A program made the translations under genes and the position numbers. 64,000 nt of DNA from Bugula neritina (taxonomy: Eukaryota > Animalia > Bryozoa), in the NCBI GenBank assembly GCA_964035545.1, contig OZ037767.1:30644628-30708627 (forward strand), read 5' to 3'. This document shows, piece by piece, positions 60,332 to 64,000 of the stretch (position 1 is its first letter; each line of letters opens with the position of its first letter). A model generated the notes under the pieces. It was not told where the DNA came from, searched no databases, and saw nothing but the letters and a program-made list of their open reading frames with translations.

Positions 60332-63300
60332 ATGCCGTTACTGAAGCGACCCATAGAGCCGTCATCTATAACTAGAACTGTAGATGGAAACATTCCCAGC
60401 AGTATCAAAAATGAATTGGAATATGTTGCTAATAGCACTCAGGCGAATTTAATCAGGTAAGTACTGGCATAGTCATAGTGATAGTGGTGATTGTCATGAT
60501 TAATATTGTTATTCTGATAGCAATCTGTCTATTTTAAACTTAGTGGTGTTAGTGCAATAGTATTTACGTTTAAAATTTAAGTAAAGTCTCAAAGGCAGTA
60601 AATCTATCACTAGGGTAAACAATCATTTGGACTAGAACGTAAGTTTGAAATTTTTTATGGTTAAAACTTTTGGATTTGTAAATCGACTCATTAACCAAAG
60701 GACTCTTAATCAAGATTTTAAGCCAGTTGTCAATAAATTCATTTTAATCTGCGGTGAGCAGTAGCCAGTATATAACTGCCCATTTGTGATTTTTATGTTT
60801 TGCTATTACTTACACTCACGGTCAGTATGTGTTCATAGACAGCGAGTGTTGTTACTGTAGTGTGAGTTATCTAGTGAAAGTTTTAAGTTTCAACCTCTTG
60901 ATATGACAAAAGTTGCATCCACTTAGGTTAATGAGATATTGCACATTTTGATGAGCTGTAGCTTACTTTTTGGCTCAAAATTTGCTGCCTACAGCTAAAT
61001 TTCATGTTTTTATTTACAGACAGTTGAGTAGTCTGAGTCACTATGCTGAAGATATGTTCAGGGAGCTCTTTGAGGAGGCCACGTCAATCTATGAGAGAAC
61101 GTGTAACCTGAATAATAAAGTTGACATGCTGAAGGACTCTGTGCAGCAGTTTGATCCTAACCAAGTTGTAGGTACGTTGAATGCTATTGGCTATTACAGT
61201 CAGCCAATCAGTGTCTCAGTGTTCATTATGTTTTCTTTCAGTACAAATAGTTATTGTATGGGAGTAATTTATTGTAATTTTCTCACAACTAATATTTTAT
61301 GGTACATCATGGCTGCCGCTGCCGTTTCTATGGATTTTATTCTCATTTATTCAGTGAAGTTGACTGACATCACCAAGCGAAAGCCCTACAAGTCTGAGTA
61401 TCACACTGATCAGCAAATCTGCACCAAGTCAACTATGCCGAGAAGTTTAGCACAAATGTATAGTCAGTGTCCGAAGGTGCCCCAACTGTACAAGTTTGAT
61501 CAGTTCAGGTTTGTAGGCTATATATATGCTTTTTCTTTCCCAAATAAGATGTTTTTGGTTACATAATAGCATGTTTCTTGCTCTATGAATAAAAACAGGC
61601 TAGTACACTAACAAGAAGCCTTGTTTGCCGCTATACTACTTGTTATTTAATTTTTATTGCTATTACACACCTCTCATTTAATATAGAATTGTTTTTATTC
61701 TGTGTCCTGTTTGTAATGAACATGTAATCTGCTGTAGCAAACATGTATGAAACTGTGACTGAGCAGGGAAACATCACATTTGTTAGACAACTCCAAATTA
61801 ATTTATTCAAGTTTTAATAACCGAAAAATTGTTGATCAGTTTTCACAATTTATATTGTATAGAACTGCATATGTTTCAGCAGAAGTCTAGATGTTTAATT
61901 TCATTCATTGCTTCTACGGATATAAATATATATATTACATATGATATAGAGTGCTATAGTGGAGTAAAATGGCTGATATTTTAGAGATGACGGGAAGTCT
62001 AGCATCACGCTGTACACTAACCCCAACTACTTCGTGCAGCTGTGGGTTGAATCCTTGCAGAAGAATGTCTCCGAGACTTCCAAGAAACATGATGGAAAGA
62101 AAGTGAGACGGGTTAGTGTCCCTTTGTTATGTAATATCTGGTAGTAAAGTTATATGCGAGTAGTTACTTGATACAGTAATGTTGATCTAGAATTATCTTC
62201 TCCTTGACAAATCTCTGCTGACCTAGTTTTAATGTTATCTTTGACCGGAATGCATACAAGCAAAGCTTCTATCACACTAACAGTTCCTGTATAGTATAAA
62301 TGCATACTGTAGTATATGTATAGTACTACATATAAGCAAAGTTATCTTATTTTAATGAAAACTGAAAAAATCATTACAATTACAAATTCCTTTGATACAG
62401 TTGAAGTTTGAAATATAAATTGTGAACTTACTGGGGCATTCATCCCTCGCTCCCTAATTGATAACTCTTTATCGTAGACCTCAAGGCAGTTTGAATGGAG
62501 GTTGTTTTTGCTGTGAAATATTTCTAAAACTGTTTACTTTTTTGTATATAAAAGTGAGCATATTTCAGATTGAATGCCATGATTCATGTTGCAGGACTAT
62601 ATTGGCAGCATGCAGGTATATAGAGTTAACTGTGTTTATTTCAACTTCTTTTATACCATATATTTGTGTTTGGACTCACTTTTTTGTGCTATGAGTAGCC
62701 TTCCGTTTGCAGTTCTGCCGCAGCAAGATTGTTTGGAGTAATTCCGCCTTCGTTACTCTTGATATTATTTTAAGTATGGTGAATGCTATTACTTTATGAT
62801 TTGCATGACCTCAGTTGATGACATCACATACTATTTCTTTGCACACGGATATTGTGTTAGTATTATGCTAGGTTATCTGCTAGCTGTTTGGTTGTGTATT
62901 GCTATGAGAGGAAATTCGTCTTTTTTGCTACCACACTAAGAGTTCCTGTATAGTATAAATTTATACTGTAGTATAAGTATAGTATTACATAGTACAGTAT
63001 GTGTAGTGTAGTGCAGTATAGTATACAGTATAGTGCTCATAGCTGTGTATATGTGTAGTCTAGTATAAAATGTGTAGTATAGTATGGTATTATATAGTTT
63101 GTGTAGTATAGTAAACATAGTATACTATAGTGTAGTGTAGTATATAGTGTAGTATATGGTATAGTATAGTGTAGTATATAGTATAGTATATAGTATAGTA
63201 TATAGTATAGTATATAGTATAGTATATAGTATAGTATATAGTATAGTATATAGTATAGTATATAGTATAGTATATAGTATAATACATGTAGCTATATATA

Positions 63301-63361
63301 AACATATCATCTTCTTGTCTAGATGTCCCGCCGATACGCCAGCCTCTCACTCGGCCATCAG
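60332..63361 (+). CDS. WASF: WASF/WAVE/SCAR family actin nucleation-promoting factor, 5' part (continues beyond the window)
   Basis: WAVE homology domain: exons 60332-60456 (MPLLKRPIEP...IKNELEYVANSTQANLIR), 61020-61171 (QLSSLSHYAEDMFRELFEEA), 61355-61508, 61985-~62111 (RDDGKSSITLYTNPNYFVQLW); possible small exon at 63323-63361. Confidence 0.9.
63040..63282. repeat. (TATAG)n-type simple repeat in a WASF intron
   Basis: Simple tandem repeat. Confidence 0.9.
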
Positions 63362-64000
63362 GTTATATTTCCTTTAGATTTATCCCCCTTTGTGCCACAT
63401 CTTTGTTAACTCAGACCACAAAGACTTTGTCAGTCCCTCATCTTGTGCTACAGTGTATTACTAACACACACCAGTGTCTTCTCCCATATTGTTATAATCA
63501 GACCCTCAGTGTCATCAATATGGAAACATGATAGATACGTCTCAAAATTATTTAATAGTTAAATTAATTTTAAATTATGAGACTACTAAATGTTACTAGC
63601 CTGACAATGACTTCCCAACAGCCATTTGGTTTCAAATCAAAGTTATGGGTTTAAAGACAGTTGGAAGAATGGTGTTGGTTTTTAAGAACTCTGTGCTGTG
63701 TTGTTGGTTTCTCCAAATACTCACTTGTGTTTAGTGTTTGCTGATGGAGTTCATTGCCATGACTGCTATGGATGAGGTGCCGTGATTCAATTTATTTACA
63801 GATTGACTGAATATAACTGGAGTAGCTATTAACTGCTGCAGTCTTAAAACTCGTATAAAATTGAATGCAATTTATTCTTCACCAAAATATTTTGGTTTTG
63901 TGCCTCTTCCTTGAACTCGAACAACTCTACATTGTTTATATAGATTTGAATTAAAGTTGGGGGGGTAGCATGTGACACCCTCAAAGGCCAGTGTGACCCG

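Overview
Intron-rich, AT-rich animal genomic DNA, probably an invertebrate; the species cannot be determined from the sequence. Left to right: (1) The 3' part of a diacylglycerol lipase gene (DAGL copy 1, +). (2) Two DNA-transposon insertions in its 3' flank. (3) An orphan first coding exon of RNF41/Nrdp1 (-) at an apparent tandem-duplication junction (~10.55 kb). (4) A full-length Ty3/Gypsy LTR retrotransposon (-) with apparently identical LTRs and TSD ATAG. (5) A complete DAGL copy 2 (+) with two alternative C-termini. (6) A complete RING/B-box/multi-Tudor gene of the RNF17/TDRD4 (Qin/Kumo) type (-). (7) A second Gypsy copy (+) with TSD CCGC, nearly identical in gag-pol but with a different U3 and pol tail. 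(8) The 5' part of a WASF/WAVE gene (+). Best candidate for something new: both Gypsy copies sit in head-to-head intergenic regions, exactly at the edge of the same 24-nt motif (22/24 identical, same register to the TSD). That motif is part of an AT-rich hexamer-periodic inverted repeat, and both elements carry an unexplained conserved module after integrase. Also notable: a duplication that leaves copy 1 with only the short DAGL isoform, and many intronic minisatellites seeded from splice-site sequence. Exon coordinates were read by eye and may be off by a few bases.
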